From the human T2T-CHM13v2.0 reference genome, Homo sapiens, in assembly GCF_009914755.1 (NCBI RefSeq), contig NC_060933.1: DNA of 64,000 bases; one strand, written 5' to 3'. This document shows, in pieces, positions 41,495 to 55,416 of the stretch. The translations under genes and the position numbers were made by a program. Position 1 is the first letter of the stretch; each line of letters begins with the position of its first letter. Below the pieces are notes generated by a model that saw nothing but the letters and a program-made list of their open reading frames with translations, had not been told where the DNA came from and did no database searches.

Positions 41495-41986
41495 TGTATT
41501 AGTCAAGATTCTCCAGAGAATCCATATCTGTGTCTATATCTACCTATTGACACAGATATGGATATAAATATACAAATGGAGCTTTATTGTGGGAATTCAC
41601 TCATGCAATTAGAGAGGTCAGTAAGTCACCTGATATGTTGTCTGTAAGACAGAGAACCAGGAAAGTCAATGGTGTAATTCAGTCTGACTTTGAAGGTGTG
41701 AGAACCAGGAGCTCCAATATCTGAAGTCAGGAGTTGTTTCGGCTCAAGAAGAGAGAGAAGACACACACCTGGCCTACTTCATTCAGCCCTTTTGTTCTAT
41801 TTGGGCCCTCAATGGGCTGGATAATACCCATTCTCATTGTCGAGGGTGGATATTGTTTTACAGTCCACTGATTGAAATGCTAGTCTCTTCCAGAAACACC
41901 TTCACACACACCTCAAAATAATGTTTTACCAGCCATCTGGGTATCTTTTAACCCAGTCAAGTTAACAAATAAATCTAACTATCACA
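41495..41986 (-). mobile_element. MLT2B-like ERVL solo LTR
   Basis: TGTATTAGTCAAGATTCTCCAGAGAA...CTCTTCCAGAAACACCTTCACA...CCAGTCAAGTTAACAAATAAATCTAACTATCACA. Confidence 0.9.
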
Positions 41987-42059
41987 GAGTCCCGAAATGG
42001 AAAATTAGATATTATATCAATCCCTTTCTTTAAAACTGATCTGAAAGTTTTCCTTTGTC

Positions 42060-42350
42060 TTCAGATGATACACGTTTTCCAAAGATGGCCTGTTCCACAT
42101 CCCCACAATTTTATACTCATTTTCTTATTTCTACTCCTGTCCACATACCTTACACTTTGCCTGTTTATGCATCTGAGCCTTACGCTGGAAATCCTATCTG
42201 CCTGTAAGATCCATTCTTACTGTTTCAAGTAGGTAACTCCTGTTCATCTTTTAAGACTAAGTTCATATTTTTCCTTCCCCGGGAATCATTTTTTGACCTC
42301 TTAGCCAGGCAGGTGCTCCTTCTGTAATCTGTTTTGTTACCCCTGTATAA
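42060..42350 (+). mobile_element. L2 fragment
   Basis: AACTCCTGTTCATCTTTTAAGACTAAGTTCA..CTTCCCCGGGAA is L2-like. Confidence 0.55.
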
Positions 42351-42359
42351 CACTGAGAG

Positions 42360-42590
42360 ATGATGTAGAAAAAAAGCAAGTTCATGGGCACTTGAATCAG
42401 AAAATTTGAAATCCCAACTCTTTTCATTTTACTAGCTTAATCACCTGGGTAAGTTACTTAAGCTGTTTGAAACTGTACTTCCATATTTATAAAATGGTAA
42501 CAATATCAACCACAGCATTTATTGAGATATAAAGAATGCCACTTACAGTAACTGGCTCAAAGAAAACAAATGACAGTTAAGTTTCAATGG
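42360..42590 (+). mobile_element. MIR SINE
   Basis: TTTACTAGCTT..ACCTGGGTAAGTTACTTAAGC..TATAAAATGGTAACAATA. Confidence 0.7.
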
Positions 42591-44383
42591 TCAATTTCAT
42601 TGTGAATATTCAAAATTTTGATTACATGCAGTTACTGTATTAAACCAAAAATGTTCTGTTATTTGACTACCTTCCCCACTAGACTGTTCTTTGAAGTAGA
42701 GACTGTGTTTTTTATGTATCTCTAGAGAACAGCTCAGCAAATTGCATTGTGTTGGTTGAATTAATGAACAATCTTGTACCTTAAAACATTGTGACTTACA
42801 GGAAATTAACTTATATGAAAAAGACACCTGAAACAGAGCCAGTAGTCATTGTATGCATTTTTAGTTTTCTCTGGGGATCACCTTATGAGAAGGCAAGCAT
42901 GATACTCAGAGAACGCTCTCTGGGGCACACTCTTTCCTCAAGTCAGAGTTTCAAAGTAATCTTATGTTGTTTCATGATATCACACCCAAGTAGACTTTTC
43001 TAGGCTCTTATTAGAGAACTAATACAGTTCTGTACTTTGTTTTATGGCCACTAAAAGCAAATATTGCAGCTCGGTATTTTCATAGAGTTCCATTTCTGAT
43101 CATCTTGCTAAATATATCAATTATTGTCGGTACAAAAATCTTGCTTTCAAATATTTGATAACAAAGAGCTTAAGCATAAACTATTATTTCTTAGTTGTTT
43201 ATAGAGATTTGAACTAAAAATAAGATTTGATATCTCAAAATGGCATACTAGTAAGCAGGTAAAATATTTAAAGGCAAAAGCACAGCTGCAATGTGAATAA
43301 GATATTATTAGACATGTCCTTGATCTTTAGCTTTATTACAAGTTGGAGACTGTTAATTTTTAATATAATTCATTTCAAATGACAGATAAGATAGATTGTT
43401 TCCAATGGTAGTTCACATCAAAGAAATGATGTAACATGCCTGACTACCAAACATAATGGTTTGATTAATTCATTGAATTAATTACTTCTTTTGTTGCATA
43501 TTCATGTATTTTATTGAGGAAGGAAATCCCTCAAGATTGCTTATCTGTGGAGAAACATGTTGAATATAAAATGAACAAGATGTTTAAATTTAAAAAAGAA
43601 ATTAGAAGATAGTACTAGTTGCCCACCCAAATGATGCTGTTTGGGCATATGATTTACAAATTGGTTAAAGGGTTAAGTATTTGTTTAGTGTAAAGGAGAG
43701 GGGGTTACAAATATGATTATCACATTGTTATTGAACTTGACAGAACATAAATATTGCAACCAGTCACCATTCCATTTGGTAAAGTAATTTCCTTTTGGTT
43801 TATTAAGAATTCTAGCATAGGCTTTTAGGTTATGATAGTAGTTCTTTACCAATTTGTTGTTTTCCCCCATTTAGCTATTGAAATCACTCACAAAAACATT
43901 GATTAAAACACACAAATACAATAGCATTAGGACATGATCATATTGATTAATTATGTGCCAGAACCAAGGAGAACTGTTTACTAATCAAAGTGGGAGCTAA
44001 GCTCTGAAGCAGAACTAGCACTTTCAGGAAAAGCATGATAAGACATTTTCATTCACACTCAGTATACCATTCTTGCTCAGATACAAACTTATCAGAAGGA
44101 CAAAGTCATGCATTCCTAACTGACTGAAAGGTGATTTTTTGTTTGTTTTATTCAGTCAGGGATTTGTTTAGCTTTCTTAATATTTCATGTCATTGTAACC
44201 CTCATTCCAGTGGAAAAAATACTCTACATGGATTTGGAGACCATGACACCCAACAATGCAATTTAATTAAAGCAGATGAAAGCAAGTAATGATAGATTAT
44301 TTGCAAAATAAAAAGTAATCAATGGAAACATCTATGAGAGAAGTTAGGTGTGTACCTTGGTTTCTATACTTTTACTCATTTTT

Positions 44384-44670
44384 CATTGTCCAGTATGGTA
44401 GATACTAGTCATATGTTGAAAGTCAGCCCTTAAAATGTGACTAAATTGAGATGTGTTTTAAGTGTCAAATACACACCAGATTGTGAGGAGTTCATATTAA
44501 AATGTAAAATATTTTATAAATATATTTTATATGGATTTTATATTTTAGGTATATTGGTTTAAATAAAATATCTACCTATTTTAATTTTTAATGTGGTTAC
44601 TACAAAAAAATTCAGTTATATGTGTGGCTCACACTTGTGGCTTGCATTCTGTTTATATTTGACAACCCTA
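44384..44670. mobile_element. MER33-like hAT-Charlie MITE
   Basis: TGTCCAGTATGGTAG..TGAGATGTGTTTTAAGTGTCAAATACACACCAGATT..TTTTTAATGTGGTTACTA..TGTGGCTCAC. Confidence 0.8.
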
Positions 44671-45033
44671 GTTTAAAAACTTCCTCCCCGAGAGCTCTTA
44701 TAATGATGCAGAACTATATTTTTGCATATATAATTGCACAAATAGACAGTAGAATCAGTGTTTTTTTTTCTTTTGTCAGTAAGACAAGTCTAAAGAATAC
44801 CAAACAGTTAATAGTGGTGGATGTCTAATTTTACCACACTTCCAATCCTAAACTGCTTAAAAATGGAAAGTTCTAGTAGCAAAAAAACATATAGTGAGGG
44901 AGACTAGAAAAACATTGTTCACTCTGCTAGTGGACACAAATAAGTTGTCGACATTCTATTATTATTCAGTCTATGAACAAATACAGAAATCTTTACAACA
45001 ATAACAAAACGTGGGCCTATAAAAATATTTTCT

Positions 45034-45366
<333 letters not shown>

Positions 45367-45866
45367 CTATCGAGTGGGGAATTATCTCAGGAGTAAGAAG
45401 GTCATTTTAGGAGACTTTTGATTGTATTCTTAAAAAAATTCAAGAAGGCATGATTTTATAAAACAAGATGGCAAATTAAATTGCTTAGAAAATAGACTAA
45501 AATACAAATACAGTTGATTGTAGAAGACAGAATAAATAGGACAAAATTTCAAAGAAAATGACATGTGAATAGAAGCATCCAATATCTTATTATACTCATT
45601 TCTCATTAAGCTAACCAATTAAATGTTAAAGTCACAGAGAAACTAGGAACAATGACAACCTCATTCCGGAAATTCCCAGCAGTATTTAGATATAATGCAG
45701 GTGGGATCAGATAGAAATCAGTCATCAAGAACCAACTCTAAAAATCCATTTATATCAAGAATTTAGTACAAGAAAATCTGCTTAAACCCTACTAACATTG
45801 CCTAACTTGTAAAGATAAGAGTTGTACTAAAAAATGTGCCATGAGTCAGTCAAACGCCAAGTAAAG

Positions 45867-46040
45867 GTAATTTTCAAGAAGAAAAAGAGAAGCAAAAAGA
45901 GAAAAAGGAAAATGAGGTCTGACATTCCATATTTTACCATAAATGTAATTTTCAAGAAGAAAAAAGCAAAAAGAAAAAAAGGAAAATGAGGTCTGACATT
46001 CCATATTTTATAATGAGGTCTGACATTCCATATTTTACCA
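45867..46040. repeat. Compound tandem duplication (~78-bp unit x2, plus a third copy of a 25-bp sub-block)
   Basis: GTAATTTTCAAGAAGAAAAA at 45867 and 45945; AATGAGGTCTGACATTCCATATTTT at 45911, 45985 and 46012. Confidence 0.92.
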
Positions 46041-46227
46041 CAAAATCTAGAACTTTTGGAGTGTTTTCACGAATTGTTTCATGTTCCACTAGCATTTCTT
46101 CCAAAGTTTTAGTGTAGTTCTGTAGAGATCACCTGTAATTATTTTCCAAACAAGCTTCTCATTGTTTTCCTGTTTACACTTTATGACTCTTCATCTTTTA
46201 AATTCCCTTTGCATATATTTTGATTGA

Positions 46228-46635
<408 letters not shown>

Positions 46636-47109
46636 GAAAATCACTGACATTTCTGGCCTTTGTGTGTCATTCTTCTTTAATTTCTATTGTTATGTCTTGA
46701 AATATTTATTGCAAACGTTTTTTAAATTGAAGAAAATGTAGAATTCATGTAATGAATAAGACTTTAGAGAATACTGCTACTTTTAAATGAAAGCAAGCAC
46801 TAAGGGAGAGGGGAAATCTGAAACGTAAAAAGAGAGAAAGAGAATGAAAAACTCATTCTGAAACTGAATTGCCAAATTCAGAACTTCAAAAACATTGTTG
46901 AACAGAAGTCTGGATAATGCAAAAATTCAAATCAGAGGAAAAATTACAAGCTTCAGAAGACAATTAAGAGATATCAAGAGCAGATGAAGAAGAATAAAGT
47001 ATAAAGAGGAATTAAGTAATATTGTCAAAAAAAGTGTTAAAGTGTTGATGAGGTGAAGAAGTGAAAACAGAGCTTACAGCTCTTTCCTGCTTCTGGTTTT
47101 TGCACTGCT

Positions 47110-47310
47110 TGTCTTGATCATAGTGCTCTATACATATTAGTTTGTTAGCTTGGTTAATTCTCACAACAACCCCAAGGCTGTGATTACCATCTGCATTTAC
47201 AGATAGGAACCCAGAGCAATTGCCTGAAGTTGACTGTGTCAAATTATAGTTGCTATGTGACAGAGCCAGGATTCAGTTTGAGACTTAGACTCTGCATTAT
47301 GTGTGTTTAG
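47110..47310 (-). mobile_element. MIR SINE
   Basis: TTAATTCTCACAACAACCCC..CATTTACAGATAGGAA..TGACAGAGCCAGGATTCA. Confidence 0.8.
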
Positions 47311-47468
47311 CCAATTTAGTACATCACCTCTCAAGAAAGATGAGCATCCATAACTAAGAACATGACAAGATTAATTTAAACACAGCTACATTTGATAACA
47401 CTTGGTTTAAGCAAATTATATGTACATATAAATATATGTGTGCAGAAATATATATTTTTCAAGTATTG

Positions 47469-47558
47469 ATTCCTAAGCAGTCTCCCACAAGCACTAACAA
47501 GGTCCGACCCTGCTTAGCTTCCAGGATCAGGTGCATTCTGGGTGGTATGGGTGTCAAC
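47469..47558 (-). pseudogene. 5S rRNA retropseudogene (RNA5SP-type), 3'-truncated with ~10-nt internal deletion
   Basis: ATTCCTAAGCAGTCTCCCA-CAAGCACTAACAAGGTCCGACCCTGCTTAGCTTCCAGGATCAG..GTGCATTCTGGGTGGTATGG aligns to the reverse complement of mammalian 5S rRNA; direct repeat TCAAGTATT at 47459-47467 and 47565-47573. Confidence 0.92.
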
Positions 47559-47880
47559 AATACCTCAAGTATTTATGATAATCTGGCAAGAAAAGACAGA
47601 ATATCTATAAAAAATGTCTATAGATATCTGGAAGCATCTCTGTGGCAATAGCCAGAGCTAAAAGATAATGGATCCTTTTCTATGGAGCTGAAAAAGAACA
47701 GATACTGTTATAAATAAATCTTTAACAGAGCCAAATAACTCTTTATATATTCATAACACCAGGAGAACATCCTTAGGTATATTAGGTATTGAACAGCATA
47801 CCATGTATAAACATTCAGGAAGTTATACAACAACACATAAACACTAAAAAGGCAAATTCATCAAAATTAGGAATTTTTCC

Positions 47881-47981
47881 ATTGAGAAATTGTAGTAGCA
47901 TAATTGACAGTAGCCATAATAAAGAATTTTTAAATTGAGGAATTCTAGTACAATAATTGACAGTAGCCATAAAGTGTTTTT
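47881..47981. repeat. Tandem duplication, 53-bp unit x ~1.9
   Basis: ATTGAG(A/G)AATT(G/C)TAGTA..ATAATTGACAGTAGCCATAA at 47881 and 47934. Confidence 0.9.
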
Positions 47982-48065
47982 GATGTGTTTACTTATCCCC
48001 TCTCCATTGGCAATCAGTTTTTTAAATGGTATAGTTCAATAAGGTTGCAAAAAAAGCTGTTTGTA

Positions 48066-48703
<638 letters not shown>

Positions 48704-48999
48704 ATCTATGTTTATGTACTTGTATGTAAATATATATTTATACATACATCATGTATATGCACATATATACACACATTACAAATATACACATATCATCTTA
48801 TTTAGTAATCAAACTAATATTTAGTAAGCATTTTGTAAAAGAACTGCCTTCTGATGTTCATGTCCTGCTAATTATTCACGACTGCCATTCTACACCCACC
48901 AGATAAGTGGCAATTAGCAATCATTTGTGTTTGCTCCCAAGACTGATTTTGCCAGCTGCACTTGTTATTTTGATGATAAAATGTAATAAATTATTATGT

Positions 49000-49400
49000 A
49001 ATCTGATAAAATATTAATGCGAAAATCTTGCGTTCTTAAAAGCTCTAGGTCAAATGTTTTACAAAGTCCCAAGAAATCAAATTTAAAAACTATTATAAGC
49101 AATTGTAGACCTTTTTTAAAGAGTCAAAGAAATAATAAAAACCTAGAATGTAGGATTCTGCACTAATATTGCTTTATAAAATATCTTTAACTTTTCTCTC
49201 CATCTTAAAACCTAAAATTGAGGTTCTAGAGGATGTACTATGAGTGCAGATTATGGAAAAACAGAATAAAATTTCACCTGGTTGACTCAGATTTCATTAA
49301 TATCCATTAGCTCTACATCAAAATGTGACCAGATTGATGAACATGTATGTCTGAACTTAATCTGAAATAAAGTTATTTTTGTCATTATCTGATAAAACTA
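49000..49400 (+). mobile_element. Possible ancient Tigger (Tigger15a-like) remnant
   Basis: GGATTCTGCACTAATATTGCTT..ATCTTTAACTTTTCTCTCCA..CTCTACATCAAAA resembles a recalled consensus; heavily diverged. Confidence 0.4.
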
Positions 49401-50264
49401 ACTTTTAAAAATTTGTCTATTTAAAGCTTGCCTCAATCCTACAAGAAAGTGTTTCTTTGTCATCTATCATCTCAACACACACACGCACACACACAGAAAA
49501 TCATCAATAAAGGTATAAACTGTGTTATCAGAGGAAAAAAGTATCTCCTATTAAATATATTTTCTATTTATAAATGAATATTATTAATTATTAAATAAAA
49601 ATACCAGTTTGAAAACATAGCTTTGTATAAATCCTTAAGAAAAATTATCTCCTATGTCTATGATTAGTCTATTCATTTATAATTTGAAAAACCTCTTATG
49701 GTTTTGAAATAATCAATTTTGAAATAATAAAATATTGATGGAAAAAGTCATCTATAAGTCTTATAGATGGTAAAGTGGAGGAAATAGTTTGTAAATTGTG
49801 TAATACTTCACATATTCCAGGCTTAACAACTATGAAAAAATTTGACTTCAAATTTGTGCCAATCTTGCTTATTATACCTGAAAAAAATTTGCCTACAATT
49901 TTGTTATAGTATATATAGTATTTCACATTAAAAATATATGCTAAGAAATCACAATTTTTTTCAGTCCATATATTTAACACTCACTGTAAAAAGGATATAC
50001 AATGCAAAATATTGAAATTTCCATGTCTACAAAGAAAAGAAGGACATAATATTTATAGTATAACTTATTGTTTTGCAAATGTTGTTGTGTTTTTATACAT
50101 GTTATGTTAGTTTAAAAAAATCTCAAAACAATCCTTTTTTTGGCATTATATTCCCCCTTTCACAAATGAGAAAATTAGGTTTGAATAGTATTTTTCTGCA
50201 CTGATAAGGGATAAAATCTGGTTTTTAACCTGTCATTGTCTGTCCCCCAAAGAAGCTTCTCTTT

Positions 50265-50435
50265 CAATGGTTGACAGAGCATGTAGTCCCTAGACTAGCA
50301 GCATCTTTTTGGAAATGCGGGTTTTTTTAGCCAAACTGCAGACCACCTGAAATCAGAAACTCTAGGGACGGTACTCATCAATCTTCTTTAGCTCTCCAGG
50401 TGATTCTGAGGCACGTTCTATCTGAGAACCATTGA
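50265..50435. mobile_element. MER5A
   Basis: GTAGTCCCTAGACTAGCAGCATC..AATCAGAAACTCTAGGG..CTCCAGGTGATTCTGAGGCAC..TGAGAACCATTG. Confidence 0.8.
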
Positions 50436-51471
50436 GCTACATCACTGATTAGAAAAGAACTAAAGATTGAAAAATAAACAGAAGTTTCCAGAATCATTTA
50501 AAATGAGTCTTTCTTTTTTCTATCTTCTACCCCCTTTCTGCTTAAAATCCACAGGACTCTGGAGGATTTCTAAATAAAATGTTGAATTTTATATGTAAAA
50601 TATAACAATATTTGTTGCTAAGGTCATACTTATCTCTTTATTCTGTGCATGACTATTGTGTTCATCTTGTTCTGAGATAAAGAAAGGTCTTTGATTTTTA
50701 TTTACCTAAAATTACAATTTTAACCTCTGAAATGTGGTGTTTTAAAAAGTGACACTAAAAAGTTAAGGCAAAGGAAATAATGGATCTGGGAACTATTATG
50801 CTATCTTTTCCACCTTTTCCTGGGTTCCATAGAATTTATGCCTTAGAAATATCACTTCGTTTATTTATCCTATGGCATCTCTTCTCTATTCCCTTAAATC
50901 TGTTACAATGGGACATATCTGTTGTGGATGACAAACATGATCTTCCTCTCATTTAATAAGTTGTTTGTTGTTGCCATTGCTTATATTATTTGTAATGTTA
51001 TCCACTCATTCTTCTGTGTGCAAATCCAGGTCTGCAGCTTGATCACCAGAACAGTTTCTGTAGGAATCCAAATCTCCCTCAAAAATATAAAAGACAGATG
51101 CATTTGGGAGATTTCTTCAGGTTATTTTGATGGTCTATCTTTAGTCAACATAGCAGGAATTAAGAGAAAAAGTAAGAATCCATAGCATGCACTGAGCTCC
51201 ATCTTCCAAGCACCTGGGGGTTTTGATGGTGGTAGCATTCTAAACTTTATGGAGACAAAGATACCAATCTTTTTCATTAGTCTCATACTTTAATCTACCT
51301 TGTAAATGTCAGTTATATATTCACTCATATTTCTAAAAGAATTTTTTTTCCTTTTTAATGTATTTATCTAATTTACCTGGAATTATTGATAAGATGTGGT
51401 TCTGATTAGATTTTTTCCCTCAAATATCTGTCAGAGCTCCTAGTATTATTTTATTCTTCTTTCTCTCATTC

Positions 51472-51780
<309 letters not shown>

Positions 51781-53886
51781 ATTTCTCTCATTCCTATGAA
51801 ATACTTCCTTTACCAGACACAAAAATCACATGTAGACCAACATCTAGTTTTGAGTTATCTACTGTTACTAAAATTTGAAATAACTTGAATAATTTATGCC
51901 TATATCACCCACTGTCTGCCGACTTTAAAAATATTCTTAAGATTATTCTCAATTTTAATTGGCTGACTTTAGAATCATTGCCATTTGTTTTGAGTTAAAC
52001 CTATATACTAATGTAAGAAATAAAAACGTGTCTCCTGTCTAAAATTGGGTGTGATTTTACAATTATTCAAATTTTATTTTATGTTTCTTCTTATAATTTA
52101 AAAACTCTCTCTGCTAAGGCCTGAGATTTTACTTGTTATGAAATATTTATGGAATAATCTCTCATTTTATGCTTTAGTATTGTATGATTTGTGTGGCTCT
52201 TGTTAATTTAAAAAGGTGATCAAATTCCCTCCATATTTCACAACTAATTGTATATACATGAAACATTTGTACATTTTTAATTCTCACTTTTGCAAAACTT
52301 TATTATTTCTCTCTAGTTATACCATTTTCCTTTTTGACAATATAGCACACAATTTAGCAAAATATCTAATACCCTTAGGAAGGGTGCTATGATTGATTTC
52401 CAATGTAAGGAATTCCACAGGACACTGAAATTCTTTGTTAGCCTGTAACTAGAAACAGAATGATCTATACTCTTCAAGGAACAGATATAAATAAAAACTA
52501 GTGAGAGAAAGTGGTTTTGCAGGTTAGATTAAATCAATGTCTGTAAATTAGAATTCTAATAGTCCAAATTCACATTTCTGGGTAAATCCCATGAAAGCTC
52601 CAGACTATTTCTTTTGGGTACAAAAAATTACACAGTAATGCAACCAAGAACAATTTGATATGGAGATATTTTATACATTTTCTTCATTTTCCTTTTCATG
52701 AAATTTGTGAATAAACTAGAATTTAATACTAGCATTTGATTCTCAACTCCCATTTGGTGAACAGCATAATTATCTTAGGTGGAAGAGCTAATGCAATGCC
52801 TTAAGCTAAGGATTGTTTTTCCTCTTGCTCTAAACCTGAAGCTTTCATACTTGAGATAATCTATCACTTTGCCTTGCCGCTATGGAAACAATAGTGGATA
52901 TGACTAATTAAATTAAAACTTGCCCATTTATTGTAATACAGACAGAGCACAAATCTTAAAATTATACCTTACTGGACCTTCATCTGTAAACTGTGGAATA
53001 ATAACAATGGAAAATGGACTGGAAAATATTAAAGTGTCTCATAAATATTTGTATGATAATATACAAATACTATTTTATTCCTCTATTTTATATAGAAATA
53101 TTAAAGCCACCAATTACTGAGTTATATTATTCATTTTCTTCTTATTTCCAGCACGAAATCACTAAAACAATATTTAATAAATCTCTAAATATGCCTGGAG
53201 CTATGCTAATAGGCAATTTACAGATCAATTTTTACCACCTATTAAAGGCTTAAATTTAATTAAAAATTATAATCCAGAACTTGGTTGGTGTTTTTTTAAA
53301 ATATGCAGAAAGTTATAAGAAAATGTTTCCTTAGTCAGCATGAAATATTTGTGGACACGAAATTCGTTGTTAGAGATTTTAAACAATGTATGGATTAAAC
53401 AATTATAGGCACTTATTAATAAATAATAGACCCTTACCACTCATTTATGATGGATTATAAAGTGTTATCTTTTGAAAAAGTGATTTTTCTTTATTTTAAT
53501 TATTACATTTCATGCATGGAAAGCAACATAGGAACTGTTATTAAATCCTACCTAGATAGAAATAAAATGGCTTGAGCTACAAATTTAGAGGCTGTTTCTA
53601 CATGACAGCAAGACATTTCAACAATTAAGTCAGTTCAGTAAATATCAGACAAATATTGTTTCACTGAATTGCTACATTGAACTCACTTTAGTTGCTTCAC
53701 TGAACTGACAGTTTTTTTTGTCTGGTTGGTTGATATAAAAATAGTTATTAGTAAAAGGAAAGTGTGCATTTTGTAAAAACTATGACAATGATATTTAATT
53801 TCCTTTTGAATATTATTAATTTAAATATGTGGCATATATTGTCCAAAGAGTCTTAAAGCATAAAATTGAGTAATCTTTTATGGTAG

Positions 53887-53887
<1 letters not shown>

Positions 53888-53925
<38 letters not shown>
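53888..53925. repeat. (AC)19 microsatellite
   Basis: Perfect dinucleotide run. Confidence 0.97.
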
Positions 53926-53928
<3 letters not shown>

Positions 53929-53982
53929 CTTTTGGTGCATTTGCATTACAAAAAATTGGAAGAAAGTATTACCTCTTTGTAA

Positions 53983-54672
<690 letters not shown>

Positions 54673-54687
54673 TGATAGACAAAATCT

Positions 54688-54835
54688 ATTTCTGAGTATT
54701 GCTAATATTCTGTAACTTAATCTGGGTGCTGGTTACACAGTATATTCCATTTGTGAAAATTGAGTATGCTATACACTTATACTATAAGCATTTTTTTCTG
54801 TATGTATGTTTTACTTCAATAAAAGTTTTGTAAAA
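54688..54835 (+). mobile_element. L1ME-type 3' terminus
   Basis: ATCTGGGTGCTGGTTACACAG..TTTGTGAAAATT..TTTTCTGTATGTATGTTTTACTTCAATAAAAG. Confidence 0.8.
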
Positions 54836-55023
54836 CTGTCCAGTTCCATATATTAATCAAAAAGTATTTAAGTCTCTCTTTCATCATTTGGATCCTTTAA
54901 TTTGTGAGAAGCTAATAAAAGCAAGTGGTCCTTCTTCCATTTCTAATGCTTCCATTCCATCTTGCTAACCAGAGTTTCTGACAACTCCATGGTCAGGTGA
55001 AGAAAGGATACAGGTTAGAGGGT

Positions 55024-55416
55024 TACATTAGTTAGGATTGTCCAGAGAAACATAATTAATGAAATGCATGTATAGGTATGGAAATAAATTTATTTTAAAA
55101 AATTGGTTCAGATTATTGTAGGGACTGGGAGGTCTGGCAGGCTAAAGACCCAGAGAAGAGTTGATGTTGCTGTCAGAGTTTAATGGCAGTCTTGAGGCAG
55201 AATGTCCTCTTCCTTGGGGGACCTGGGTGTTTTTCTCCTAAAACCTTCAACTGATTGGATGTGGTCCACATGCATTATGGGAGGTTTTTTGCTTTACTCA
55301 AAGTCTACTGATTTGAATGTTAATCTCATCTAAAAAATTTGCATGATATCCAGACTGGTGTTTGTCCAAATATCTGGGCAATGAGGCCAAGTTGATATGT
55401 AAAGTTAACCATCACA
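55024..55416 (-). mobile_element. MLT2C/D-like ERVL solo LTR
   Basis: TCCAGAGAAACA..CCTTCAACTGATTGGATG..GCTTTACTCAAAGTCTACTGATTT..AAGTTAACCATCACA. Confidence 0.88.

Noticed and set aside
45867-46040. Three identical 25-bp repeats superficially like a CRISPR array
   Set aside because: Eukaryotic context, the spacers are themselves duplicated or nearly absent, and there are no cas genes
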